The notes under the pieces: model-generated
What the model saw: only the letters and a program-made list of their open reading frames with translations
What the model was told of the DNA's origin: nothing
Databases searched by the model: none
Translations under genes and position numbers: made by a program
In this document: positions 1 through 9,419 of the stretch, in pieces
Layout: each line of letters opens with the position of its first letter
Position numbering within the stretch: the first letter of the stretch is position 1
Source of the DNA: Escherichia phage NHEP1
Length of the DNA stretch: 64,000 bases
Sequence record: PQ511146.1
Reading direction: 5' to 3' (one strand)

Positions 1-1467
1 CAACAATCACGTGGCGGTTCTGCAACAGTATCATTCCTTGCACTGGACCCGCAGATTGATGAGCTAATCCGTTTGAGAAACCCTATGACTGTTGCTTCAA
101 AAAGAATCAACACCATGGACTACTCTATAGGTATTAATAGGTCGTTTATCAACCGTGTGGCTAAGAATTTAGATTGGATGCTTGTTTCTTATAAGCACGC
201 GCCTCAACTGCATGAGGGTATCTTCACCATGTCTATGGAGGAGTTTGATGCAGAGGTTGATCGTATCGCTAAAGATGACAGTATTCCTAAAACATGGATC
301 CGAGCTAGAGATCTTGCTGTTGAGCTGATCACGCAGCGTACCGAGGTTGGAAGGCTGTACGTATACTGGACAGATGAGATGAATAGACATACACCTTTTA
401 AAGATGTAATCTATTCAAGTAACCTGTGTGCAGAAATAGCCCTCCCGACAAAAGGCTATTCAGATATGCGTAATATCTTCAAGTACGATGTTGATGATGG
501 CGAAGTTGCATTGTGCTTCCTGTCATCTCTTGTAGCTGGAAGGGTTACCCCAGAGGAGTATGAGGATGTTGCATACTACACGGTGCTTATGATTGACAAT
601 GTTATGGAAATCATGACATATCCGTATGAAAATATGGAGAGCACTGTTAAAAAACGCAGATCCATTGGGGTTGGCCTTACTAATGTTGCACATTTTATTG
701 CCAGCCACAAGGTTACTTACGGATCTCCTGAAAGTAAACAGCTTGTTCACGATCTTGCAGAGCTCCACAGCTACAGCTTGCATAAGGCAAGTTTACGATT
801 GGCAAAAGAGCGTGGTGTCTGTGAGTGGATGCATAAAACAAAATACCCGGAGGGTTGGTTACCAATCGACACCTATAACAAAGAGGTCGATAGTGTGGTG
901 AAAGATCCTTCTCTTAAGCAGGATTGGGAAGGGTTACGTAAAGAAATCATTGAAAATGGTGGGCTACGTAATAGCGTTCTTGAAGCATATATGCCTAATG
1001 AAAGCTCTTCGCTGGCAACAAACACCACTAACGGGGTTTATCCTGTCCGTGAGCACATTATCTTTAAAAAGTCGCCACAAGGTCAGGTGCTGTTTATCGT
1101 TCCTGAATATGATGAACTGAAAGAGTATTATACCTCGGCTTGGGACGTTGATACTAACGACATGATTGATATGTATGCTGTGATTCAAAAATTCACAGGG
1201 CAGGCAATCAGTGCTGACCTATATATTGATTACACCAAGTTGAAAGATGGTAAAATTTCAATGAAGGAGCAGCTGGGGTATCTTATCCGTGCTACTAAAT
1301 TCGGGATGAAGACATGGTATTACTTAAACTCTCGGGTTGGTGCTGGTGACTCTTTGACAGAGGAGCTTCACGCGAAGAAACAGGCTGAAGATGAAACCAG
1401 AAAGAACTATCCTTTGATTGCAGATAGTTCAGTTGAAGGTCCATATTGCGAAAGTTGTGCACTGTAA
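1..1467 (+). CDS. nrdA: Ribonucleotide reductase class I large subunit, 3' portion (gene begins upstream of window)
   Basis: Frame open from nt 1; active-site-like NLCAEI motif; C-terminal Cys pair CESCAL; followed by nrdB. Confidence 0.9.
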   Translation, partial: QQSRGGSATVSFLALDPQIDELIRLRNPMTVASKRINTMDYSIGINRSFINRVAKNLDWMLVSYKHAPQLHEGIFTMSMEEFDAEVDRIAKDDSIPKTWIRARDLAVELITQRTEVGRLYVYWTDEMNRHTPFKDVIYSSNLCAEIALPTKGYSDMRNIFKYDVDDGEVALCFLSSLVAGRVTPEEYEDVAYYTVLMIDNVMEIMTYPYENMESTVKKRRSIGVGLTNVAHFIASHKVTYGSPESKQLVHDLAELHSYSLHKASLRLAKERGVCEWMHKTKYPEGWLPIDTYNKEVDSVVKDPSLKQDWEGLRKEIIENGGLRNSVLEAYMPNESSSLATNTTNGVYPVREHIIFKKSPQGQVLFIVPEYDELKEYYTSAWDVDTNDMIDMYAVIQKFTGQAISADLYIDYTKLKDGKISMKEQLGYLIRATKFGMKTWYYLNSRVGAGDSLTEELHAKKQAEDETRKNYPLIADSSVEGPYCESCAL

Positions 1468-1475
1468 TTTAAAAA

Positions 1476-1495
1476 GGGGCTTCGGCCCCATTTTA
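1476..1495 (+). terminator. Stem-loop GGGGC-TTCG-GCCCC plus T-run between nrdA and nrdB (terminator or attenuator)
   Basis: Inverted repeat followed by ATTTT seen directly. Confidence 0.5.
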
Positions 1496-1506
1496 GAGGT
1501 AGAATA

Positions 1507-2595
1507 ATGGCTGTATTTAATACTGAGAACACTGCTCATAAAACTGGTGATTATCCGCTGTTTTTAGGACAGCAGATGGGGATGTACGACTCTATTAACA
1601 AAAAGTACCCACAGCTGTTTGAACTATACAAAAAACAAAAAGAACAAGATTGGGCAGAGGACGAAGTAGATTTGTCACAGTCTATTTCGGATTTCGTAAC
1701 ATGCTCAAAGTCAACTTACGATGTGATGGTGCAGACACTTATGTGGCAATGGGAGGCAGACAGTGTTGCAGCAAGATCTATCATTTGTCTGTTTTCACCA
1801 TTTATCACCAATAGTGAACTTTTCACCTTGTTGATGAAGCAGTCTGAGATTGAGGTTCTTCATGCACTAACTTACTCAGAGATTGTTAGACAATGCCTTC
1901 CTAATGCTCGTGAGATTATAGAAGAGATTCAGGAAAACCAGAACGTGCTGAGCAGATCTGGAGTTATTGTCAAATACATGCAAGAGCTTGAGGTTATTGG
2001 TGCAAAATACCGACTGGATCCTTCCAGTGTTGAAGAAGATGTTGTACGGAAATGTATCCTTAGAGCACTTTTTGCACTTTTAGCTCTAGAAAGTATTGAG
2101 TTTATTGCAAGTTTTGCATGTACGTTCGCAGTAGCTGAGCAAGGTATTTTTGTTCAAGTTGCACAACTCGTTCAAAAAATTATGCTTGATGAAATGCTGC
2201 ATTCGAAAGGCGATTTTGCTATCATCGATATCCTGCTTGATGATCCTGCATGGGAGCAAAGCTTTCTTGAGATTAAGGGTGAGTTAAAAGAAATTCTTGA
2301 CGAAGTGCGAATCAAGGAGTACGGTTGGAGTGACTATATTTTCAGCGAAGGAAGAGCAATTATAGGTCTTAACTCACCATTACTTAAAGAATGGGTTGAC
2401 TATAACTGCTCACCGATTTATGATTACTACAACATCGACAAAGACTTTGTGCCGCCAACAAAGGACCCGTTACCGTTTATGCAGGTGTGGATGAAACCTT
2501 CACTGCAACAGACGGCTAACCAGGAAATGTCTAACACCGACTACCGCGTCAACACAACTGTTAATGACGCTGAAGAAGAAATTTGGGAGTTTTAA
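1507..2595 (+). CDS. nrdB: Ribonucleotide reductase class I small subunit
   Basis: 362 aa, immediately downstream of nrdA, size and position typical of R2; no intron-like interruption seen. Confidence 0.8.
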   Translation: MAVFNTENTAHKTGDYPLFLGQQMGMYDSINKKYPQLFELYKKQKEQDWAEDEVDLSQSISDFVTCSKSTYDVMVQTLMWQWEADSVAARSIICLFSPFITNSELFTLLMKQSEIEVLHALTYSEIVRQCLPNAREIIEEIQENQNVLSRSGVIVKYMQELEVIGAKYRLDPSSVEEDVVRKCILRALFALLALESIEFIASFACTFAVAEQGIFVQVAQLVQKIMLDEMLHSKGDFAIIDILLDDPAWEQSFLEIKGELKEILDEVRIKEYGWSDYIFSEGRAIIGLNSPLLKEWVDYNCSPIYDYYNIDKDFVPPTKDPLPFMQVWMKPSLQQTANQEMSNTDYRVNTTVNDAEEEIWEF

Positions 2596-2598
2596 TAT

Positions 2599-2877
2599 AT
2601 GAGCTGTGAAAAATCTTTTTTCATTATCATCTACGGTAAGGATAACTGCCCACATTGTGTAAGAGCAAAAGAATTTGCAGCAAGCAAAGGTATACCTTTC
2701 GTATACAAGACGCTTGGTGAAGGATACACAAAAGAAGAGCTTATTGAGAAGTGTAGTCCATTTGTTCCCAGAACGTTGCCTCAGATCTTCTTGGAAAGCA
2801 ACCTTGATAGTGTCCACATCGGTGGTGCTGACGATTTCATCTCTTTTGTTAAGAATGGTTTTGGAGAGAAAAAGTGA
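2599..2877 (+). CDS. Glutaredoxin/NrdH-like thiol-disulfide oxidoreductase
   Basis: 92 aa with CPHC redox motif near N-terminus; sits between nrdB and nrdD. Confidence 0.7.
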   Translation: MSCEKSFFIIIYGKDNCPHCVRAKEFAASKGIPFVYKTLGEGYTKEELIEKCSPFVPRTLPQIFLESNLDSVHIGGADDFISFVKNGFGEKK

Positions 2878-4997
2878 AAATTGTAAAACGGGACGGTAGA
2901 GAAGAGGTCTATAACGGAGTTAAGGTAATCAAGGCGGCAGAGTCCGCCTTACTTGAGTCTGGGCATACTGAAGAAGAAGCTTACCGGATCGCTTGTACGG
3001 TTAATGAAGTTGTTGCCAACAATCTACCAACCGACCAGTGCACGATCTCTGTAAAAAATATCCATATCCTTGTTGAAGATGCTCTTATGGATATGGGTTT
3101 AAAATGTGCAGCCAGAGAATATATCCAGTATAGACAGACAAGAGATAATAACAGAGAGGCAGGTGGAAAACTGCTTGCAGATATTAGTGGCTTCTTGGAT
3201 CGAACTTGTGATGAATTTACAAAAGAAAACGCAAATAAGCCCACTAATCATGTACATACTCATCGTGACCTGCTTGCAGGTATCCTTAGCAAACACCTTG
3301 CATCAACACAGATACTGCCAGATCGTGTCTCCGAAGAGCACAACAAGGGATTCATCCATGTGCATGATCTTGACTATCTGATCAGTCCGTTAACAAACTG
3401 CTGTTTGGTGAATTATCCGGATATGCTGGAAAACGGATTCAACATTGGCAACGCCCATGTCAGTAAGCCGAAGTCAATAGGGGTTGCAACAACAATCCTC
3501 AGCCAAATCTCTAGTGCAGTAGCTAGTGCTCAATATGGTGGTCAGACCATGAGCCATATTGATCATTACCTGGCGCAGTATGCTGAAGCAACCTATGAGA
3601 AGAATCTTAAATTTTGTCAGGAACATTGGTTGCCGGATGCTGAGACTGTTGCAATGCAAATGACGGATAAAGACGTGTTTGATAGTATGCAAACTTTGCT
3701 ATACCAAATCAATACGTTAACTTCTGTCAACGGGCAAACCCCATTCATCACATTAAGTTTAGGACTGGATACCTCAATCTTTGGTAGAATGATTACCAAA
3801 AACTACCTGAAAGTCCACAAAATGGGTCTTGGTGAAGAACGTATCACACCTGTGTTCCCTAAGGTGCTGTTCTTCCTGGAGGAGGGTATCAACATGAACC
3901 CTGGGGATCCTAACTATGATTTGAAACGATTAGCTCTGGAATGCTCTGCAGAGCGGATTTATCCTGACTTCGTATCTGTACCACTAAATAGAAAAGTGAC
4001 AGGTTCAACAGAAGGTAATGTCACAAGCATGGGTTGCCGGAGTTTTCTTAGCAAATACAATGACTTGGAAACAGGAGAGGAGAAATACCTTGGCAGATTT
4101 AACTTAGGTGTTGTTAGCCTTAACCTACCAATGATTGCGGCAAAAGCTAAAACGGAAGGTGTTGATTTCTTTGCAGTTCTTGACGAGTACTTGGATCTGG
4201 CATACGAGGCTCACCTTGTAAGGGTTAACCGTCTAAAAGGAACAAAGGCAGGGCAGAACCCCATCATGTGGTGTGAAGGAGCCCTTGCTCGCCTGGATCC
4301 TGAAGAGAGCATTGATAAACTCTTCTATGACGGGTATGCTTCCATAAGTATTGGGTATATTGGTGTGTATGAAACCTGCCAGATTTTAGGCAGAGAGGGA
4401 GACAAGTCCTTAGCTCTTGGGATCCTTCAACACATGAAAGACGCTTGTGATCGGTACAAAAAAGAAAGTGGTCTGGCATTCAGCTTGTACGGCACTCCTT
4501 CAGAGAGCTTGTGCTATAAGGCTGCAACATGTCTAGATCGTGAATACCCTGAAGTGTTGAAGCACGAGCACGAATACCTTACCAACAGTTTCCACCAACC
4601 CGTGTGGATCAATAGCTCACCTTTTGACAAGTGGAAGTATGAGGAAGGTTTTGCTATGATCTCTTCTGGCGGCAACATTGGATACATAGAAACACCTAAC
4701 CTGAAAAACAACCTGGATGCTTTGGAATCCCTTGTCGATTTCGGGTATAAACACATTATGTATTTTGGTATTAACCAACCTGTGGATAAATGTCTTAAGT
4801 GCGGATTCTCTGGTGAGTTCAGTGCAACAGCTAAAGGCTTTGTATGCCCAGAGTGCGGAAACCATGAAGAGGGAACGATCAGTGTGATTAGACGTGTATC
4901 TGGGTATCTGTCCAGTCCAAACTCCCGCCCTTACAATAAGGGTAAGCAGGCTGAGGTTATAGAACGGGTTAAGCACTACGGAAGTTGTGGTTGCTGA
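2874..4997 (+). CDS. nrdD: Anaerobic ribonucleoside-triphosphate reductase (class III)
   Basis: 707 aa; C-terminal zinc ribbon CLKCGF...CPECG and glycyl-radical motif RVSGY. Confidence 0.9.
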   Translation: MKIVKRDGREEVYNGVKVIKAAESALLESGHTEEEAYRIACTVNEVVANNLPTDQCTISVKNIHILVEDALMDMGLKCAAREYIQYRQTRDNNREAGGKLLADISGFLDRTCDEFTKENANKPTNHVHTHRDLLAGILSKHLASTQILPDRVSEEHNKGFIHVHDLDYLISPLTNCCLVNYPDMLENGFNIGNAHVSKPKSIGVATTILSQISSAVASAQYGGQTMSHIDHYLAQYAEATYEKNLKFCQEHWLPDAETVAMQMTDKDVFDSMQTLLYQINTLTSVNGQTPFITLSLGLDTSIFGRMITKNYLKVHKMGLGEERITPVFPKVLFFLEEGINMNPGDPNYDLKRLALECSAERIYPDFVSVPLNRKVTGSTEGNVTSMGCRSFLSKYNDLETGEEKYLGRFNLGVVSLNLPMIAAKAKTEGVDFFAVLDEYLDLAYEAHLVRVNRLKGTKAGQNPIMWCEGALARLDPEESIDKLFYDGYASISIGYIGVYETCQILGREGDKSLALGILQHMKDACDRYKKESGLAFSLYGTPSESLCYKAATCLDREYPEVLKHEHEYLTNSFHQPVWINSSPFDKWKYEEGFAMISSGGNIGYIETPNLKNNLDALESLVDFGYKHIMYFGINQPVDKCLKCGFSGEFSATAKGFVCPECGNHEEGTISVIRRVSGYLSSPNSRPYNKGKQAEVIERVKHYGSCGC

Positions 4998-5060
4998 TAC
5001 TTGACAAAAGTCACAAGGATGTGGCATATTGTTGTCACACAGTAAACTAGGAGGTGCAAT

Positions 5061-5177
5061 ATGTCTACAGGTATTTATAAAATTTGCAAGTGTGGTTGTC
5101 ATTGCAATCTTCGTTGGTGTAAGGCACTGGACGATTTTATTTGGCATTGTCCTAAATGCGATGCGGAGTACGTATGA
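5061..5177 (+). CDS. Small Cys-rich zinc-ribbon-like protein (38 aa), stop overlaps nrdG start
   Basis: AGGAGG 6 nt upstream of ATG; translation MSTGIYKICKCGCHCNLRWCKALDDFIWHCPKCDAEYV; ATGA overlap with nrdG; below the 60-aa track cutoff. Confidence 0.5.
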   Translation: MSTGIYKICKCGCHCNLRWCKALDDFIWHCPKCDAEYV

Positions 5178-5647
5178 ATATTGTCGGGTATACAGAGATA
5201 TCTTACACCGAGGGGCCAGGCATTAGGACAGCTTTGTGGGTATCTGGGTGCCCACACGCTTGTCCTGGTTGCTTTAATCAAGCATTTTGGTCAAAAGATA
5301 AAGGAAGAGAGTTCACCGAAGAAGATTTGCAGAAAATTTTGTCGGATTTAGACAATGAATCTGTATGCGGTATTTCTTTGCTTGGTGGAGAGCCTTTGGC
5401 TACGTATAATGAGCCCGGTATTATTAAACTTATGAGGAGAATTAAGGAAAAGTTTGGTGACAAGAAAACTATTCTTGTGTATACTGGGTTCACATTTGAG
5501 CATATCTCTAGTGATGTTCTTGAGCTGGCTGATATCATCATTGATGGCAAGTATGTAAAAGATTTACCAACAAAGAAACCATTCCGAGGCAGCGATAACC
5601 AAAGAATGTTTAAAAAGGTAGCAGGCGGTTGGGTTCAGGTTGACTAA
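5174..5647 (+). CDS. nrdG: Anaerobic RNR activating enzyme (radical SAM)
   Basis: CPHACPGC (CxxxCxxC) cluster motif; start moved to ATG 5174 (MNIVGY). Confidence 0.85.
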   Translation: MNIVGYTEISYTEGPGIRTALWVSGCPHACPGCFNQAFWSKDKGREFTEEDLQKILSDLDNESVCGISLLGGEPLATYNEPGIIKLMRRIKEKFGDKKTILVYTGFTFEHISSDVLELADIIIDGKYVKDLPTKKPFRGSDNQRMFKKVAGGWVQVD

Positions 5648-5650
5648 TCG

Positions 5651-5680
5651 TTGACAAAGCTTTGGTAAGTTGGTTATAAT
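5651..5680 (+). promoter_or_regulatory. Sigma70-like promoter TTGACA-N18-TATAAT
   Basis: Consensus hexamers seen at 5651-5656 and 5675-5680. Confidence 0.5.
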
Positions 5681-5709
5681 TATCGTAATGAAAGCAGAGG
5701 AGGTGCCAA

Positions 5710-5823
5710 ATGGCTAAAAAAGCCTTGAAGAAGGCGTACAAGAAAGAGATTGCGCTTGAGCTTAAGAAAAAACACAAGCGTGAAAAGAAATATCATGAAG
5801 ATGAAGAGGGGGTGCAACAGTGA
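5710..5823 (+). CDS. Small lysine-rich protein (37 aa)
   Basis: GAGGAGG 6 nt upstream of ATG; MAKKALKKAYKKEIALELKKKHKREKKYHEDEEGVQQ; stop overlaps GTG start of next ORF. Confidence 0.4.
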   Translation: MAKKALKKAYKKEIALELKKKHKREKKYHEDEEGVQQ

Positions 5824-6170
5824 CACAAGAGCGTATTGATTTAGCCAGTAAGTTTGTAGATCTCATTTTGCCACGGTTGGTTACTCAACATGCAGACGCT
5901 ATTTCTACTAATCTTGATGGCTTACGCCTAATGCTGAACCGAACAGATGACCCACGTATTCGGGCCGATTTAGAGGCCTCTGCCAACAAACTGGAAAAGT
6001 TCTTGCAAGTAGACACGCAAGAAGCCTTGCACAAGATTATGGTGGAAGGTTTCTCTAAAGAATTCACCGTTAAAGAGCTTAAGGAGCTGATCCGCCAAGA
6101 AGAGATGAATATCCGAGTTCAGGCTGTTGCAAGCAGCATGGAAGCGGCTATTGAAAAACTGTTGCAGTAA
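5820..6170 (+). CDS. Hypothetical protein (GTG start)
   Basis: Track ORF, 116 aa, coupled to upstream small ORF. Confidence 0.5.
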   Translation: MTQERIDLASKFVDLILPRLVTQHADAISTNLDGLRLMLNRTDDPRIRADLEASANKLEKFLQVDTQEALHKIMVEGFSKEFTVKELKELIRQEEMNIRVQAVASSMEAAIEKLLQ

Positions 6171-6208
6171 AAGTCCTTGACACATCTCAATCTGAAAGGA
6201 GTCCCAAC

Positions 6209-6997
6209 ATGGGTCGAGCTAAAGAAACAAAACGCATGCGTGATGAAGCCAGAGAGGCTCGCAAATCTGATCGCCTGCGTAAGGCTGCTGAGAAATTTGC
6301 TGACGAACGAGAGCACACAGCTCCAGCTCTCCGACCAATGAACAAAAAGCAGCAAAAGTATCTTGATTATCTAGGATCGCGTAAGATTATTATTGTAAAC
6401 GGTGTGTTTGGATCCGGTAAGACATTCATGGCATCCGCATATGCAGGTGATCTTTTGCGTAAGAACGAGATTGATAAGATCATTGTTGCACGCCCTTACG
6501 TTCAGACAGGAAAGACTTCAGGGTTTAAACCTGGAAACGCAATGCAGAAACTGTGGCCCTATCTCCGAAGCATGATGGACACGATTTGTCGTCGTGTTGG
6601 CAAAGGTGCTTTTGCCGCAATGCTGGGAGATGGTCAGAACAGTCGTATCGAGATCTGTGAAGTTGAAAGCATTCGTGGTCGTAGTTTCGATGAGCGGTGC
6701 TTTGTCCTAATTGACGAGGCACAGCAAACTAACCCTGAAGAAATGTTGTCAATTATCACAAGGATCTCTGATCAGGCCACACTTGTAATCATGGGTGATA
6801 ATAGCCAACGTGACATCCCTGGTAAGTCTGGACTTGCATGGGTAACGGATTTCTTTACTCGTCATCCAGATCCTGAGGTTGGGATGATTAGCTTTGATAG
6901 CCCAGATGATGTCGTTCGTTCCGGGTTGGGTCGTCAGATTGCACTCAATCTTATCGAGGATCGTGCAAATCATATTTGGACCCCTGTTTCCGAGTAA
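6209..6997 (+). CDS. phoH: PhoH-like ATPase
   Basis: Walker A GVFGSGKT and PhoH-like downstream motifs; RBS AAAGGAG upstream. Confidence 0.9.
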   Translation: MGRAKETKRMRDEAREARKSDRLRKAAEKFADEREHTAPALRPMNKKQQKYLDYLGSRKIIIVNGVFGSGKTFMASAYAGDLLRKNEIDKIIVARPYVQTGKTSGFKPGNAMQKLWPYLRSMMDTICRRVGKGAFAAMLGDGQNSRIEICEVESIRGRSFDERCFVLIDEAQQTNPEEMLSIITRISDQATLVIMGDNSQRDIPGKSGLAWVTDFFTRHPDPEVGMISFDSPDDVVRSGLGRQIALNLIEDRANHIWTPVSE

Positions 6998-7042
6998 TAC
7001 AGAAGGGTGGTTATTCCACCCTTAAATATCTAAAACGATTAT

Positions 7043-7070
7043 TGACAAACAGATAAGTTTTAGGTATTAT
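7043..7070 (+). promoter_or_regulatory. Sigma70-like promoter TTGACA-N16-TATTAT
   Basis: Hexamers seen upstream of 7096 ORF. Confidence 0.4.
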
Positions 7071-7095
7071 CGAACAAAACAAGGAGAATGACAGT

Positions 7096-7407
7096 ATGGC
7101 TACAATACAAGAGAGACTGAATAAGATATACTGCCTATTTGTCTATAACGGTGAGACAATTTTGGCAAACAAAGGATACAAGAATGTGTGGATTAAGGAC
7201 AGCGGTGGTAACATAATCAACTTGGCGCTACTACGTGAGCGAAGACACCGATTCTTCACTGAGTCCCGTGTTATTGAAAGCAACACATTTTACAGAACAG
7301 GGGATAAAGTAATTGTTGACAATGACACGTGGTATGTGGTAGACTGGCAATCGTTGACCTGTGATGCTTCTGACAATTGTAAGTATTCCATGGTAATTGC
7401 TAAATAA
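7096..7407 (+). CDS. Hypothetical protein
   Basis: Track ORF 103 aa with AAGGAG RBS. Confidence 0.5.
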   Translation: MATIQERLNKIYCLFVYNGETILANKGYKNVWIKDSGGNIINLALLRERRHRFFTESRVIESNTFYRTGDKVIVDNDTWYVVDWQSLTCDASDNCKYSMVIAK

Positions 7408-7468
7408 AGGCAAATGAGAATCAGGTTTAAATAGATCGCTTTTAACTTTCCAACATTAAGGACCTCAC

Positions 7469-8518
7469 ATGAATTTAACACCTCGCAGCACCATGGTACA
7501 CGGCATGAAAGAAAAACAGAACGGCTTCGAACCGATGAGTAATAAAATGTTTGGTATGCCTGGTGGTATTATGGAAACATACAGCTACCCAACGCCAGTT
7601 GTTGACCACGTGCTTTATATTGACGATCTTGAGGATTTGCAGGATCATATGTCCCGTTTGCAAACAATTCGTATGGCACAGCCGGAAGAAAGTATCCGTG
7701 TAATTGTTAACAGCCCTGGTGGTTGCGTCCACATTGCCATGGCGTATTTGCAGGCATTCCGCGAGTCTCAGGCAAGCGTTGTTGTACACGCTGAAGGGAT
7801 GTGCTGCTCAGCAGGAACAATCTTATGGCTGGGTTGCAAAGAACGAACTGTGGCTCCGGACACAGAGTTTATGTTCCACTACTATCAAGGTGGCACCTAT
7901 GGCAACGGTGTGAACATGAATACTCAGGTCAACTACTGGAAGAAACGTTTTGAACGCCTGATCGAAAAATACTACGGTGGGGTTCTGACAGAAGATGAGA
8001 TCGCATCCATCACGGCTGGTGGAGAAGTGTGGTTGGATGGAGAAGAGCTGGCAGCTCGAACTGGTGCTATCATTCTGGACGATGAAAACATTCAGCGCAT
8101 TCAGAATGGGCAGAAACCGAAAAAGCTTTTGGCAAAAAGTGATGAAGAAGGTGTGCTAGGCGAAGCAGGCCTGCCAGAGATTCACCAATGCACATCTCTG
8201 GACGAGCTGGTTCACGCTGTTGAGTCTGCAAAAGCAAATGGTATGAAAGGTGATGTTCACACTGTGTTCCTGAATCTGCAGATGGAGAGTGGTGAGACCG
8301 TTAAGATTGCACTGGGTGAGATTACCTCGGAAGATCTGCAGCGATTCTCTGTGGTAGAGCTTCAGGACATTTTGTCCCAATTGAAAACCACCCTGAACGG
8401 AGGTGAAGAAGTTCAGGTTAAAGATAAGACCCGCAAGCGTCTGGTGGACAATATTATTAAAACAGCAAAAGAGCTCAATGAAAAAATCCTGGGCGCAGGA
8501 ATTATCGAAGAAGCTTAA
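7469..8518 (+). CDS. ClpP-family serine peptidase-like protein with C-terminal extension
   Basis: VNSPGG motif, candidate Ser in MCCSAG and His in MFHYYQGG spaced as in ClpP. Confidence 0.65.
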   Translation: MNLTPRSTMVHGMKEKQNGFEPMSNKMFGMPGGIMETYSYPTPVVDHVLYIDDLEDLQDHMSRLQTIRMAQPEESIRVIVNSPGGCVHIAMAYLQAFRESQASVVVHAEGMCCSAGTILWLGCKERTVAPDTEFMFHYYQGGTYGNGVNMNTQVNYWKKRFERLIEKYYGGVLTEDEIASITAGGEVWLDGEELAARTGAIILDDENIQRIQNGQKPKKLLAKSDEEGVLGEAGLPEIHQCTSLDELVHAVESAKANGMKGDVHTVFLNLQMESGETVKIALGEITSEDLQRFSVVELQDILSQLKTTLNGGEEVQVKDKTRKRLVDNIIKTAKELNEKILGAGIIEEA

Positions 8519-8530
8519 ACATTAATCTTA

Positions 8531-8556
8531 AAGCCCTCTTCGGAGGGCTTTTATGA
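8531..8556 (+). terminator. Rho-independent terminator
   Basis: AAGCCCTC-TTCG-GAGGGCTT followed by TTTAT. Confidence 0.6.
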
Positions 8557-8569
8557 TCTGGAGATTTGC

Positions 8570-9103
8570 ATGACTTGTGCTAGAAAACCTGACGAACAAC
8601 GTAACGCCTATGATGAATATGTGACACCAGAGTGGTGTGCAGAAGGGTTGTATGACCTCATTCCGTTCCCAGAAGATTGGACCTATTTGGAGCCTTGCAG
8701 GAATAGCGCCTCAGGTGTGTTCTACTCCCGTATGCCGTTAGGATCTGCATGGGGAGAAATCCAAGAAGGTGTTGACTATCTGAATACAGAATACAACCAT
8801 GTTGACTGTATTATCACCAACCCGCCGTACAGCCTGGCTCGTGAGTTTGTGGACAAGGCGTTGAAAGATGCCGACGTAGTTATTATGCTTTTGCGTCTTA
8901 ATTTTCTGGAAAGCAAGGCCAGATTTGAATGGTGGCTTGATAATGCCCCTACCACTGTGATCACAATATCTAAGCGTCCATCATTCCAATCGAATGGCAG
9001 AACTGACGGGCAAGCATATGCATATTTTGTGTGGGACAAGAAGAACCGTTTAGACCTACCACCATTTATGTGGTTGGCACCTCCGGAGGCAGATTTGAAA
9101 TGA
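8570..9103 (+). CDS. Small phage Dam-like DNA N6-adenine methyltransferase
   Basis: NPPY catalytic motif (ITNPPYS) and N-terminal W..TPEW-type motif typical of small phage Dam proteins. Confidence 0.65.
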   Translation: MTCARKPDEQRNAYDEYVTPEWCAEGLYDLIPFPEDWTYLEPCRNSASGVFYSRMPLGSAWGEIQEGVDYLNTEYNHVDCIITNPPYSLAREFVDKALKDADVVIMLLRLNFLESKARFEWWLDNAPTTVITISKRPSFQSNGRTDGQAYAYFVWDKKNRLDLPPFMWLAPPEADLK

Positions 9104-9384
9104 AAATGAGTGCTAAGGACAAGTTGCACCAGTTAGCGCTAAAACGTCCTGTAACTCTCCCTGACGAGCTTAACTCCATTTATGATGCGATTGTAGGGGA
9201 GATACAAAATAAGGCGTTAGCAGGCTTTCTGGGATGCGGATTTTCGATAAATCTTCCATCACACCTCTCAGACTACTTCCCACACATCGTTGGGGATTTG
9301 AGGGCAGGAGGTCTGCAGGTGGATGTTGTTGGCATCTCCCCGGAGAAAAATAACACAGTTGCCTACTTGACAGTGACCTGGTAG
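9100..9384 (+). CDS. Hypothetical protein
   Basis: ATGA start/stop overlap with preceding gene; start moved to ATG 9100. Confidence 0.5.
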   Translation: MKMSAKDKLHQLALKRPVTLPDELNSIYDAIVGEIQNKALAGFLGCGFSINLPSHLSDYFPHIVGDLRAGGLQVDVVGISPEKNNTVAYLTVTW

Positions 9385-9419
9385 TAGTGTATTTTGTTTT
9401 CAACAAGAGGGGGTCATCT

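Noticed and set aside
1507-2595. Group I intron in nrdB, as occurs in T4
   Set aside because: The ORF is uninterrupted across its full length.
4617-5147. 176-aa minus-strand ORF overlapping nrdD 3' end and the nrdD-nrdG spacer
   Set aside because: Antisense to nrdD and to the RBS-supported zinc-ribbon ORF; inconsistent with local plus-strand organisation.
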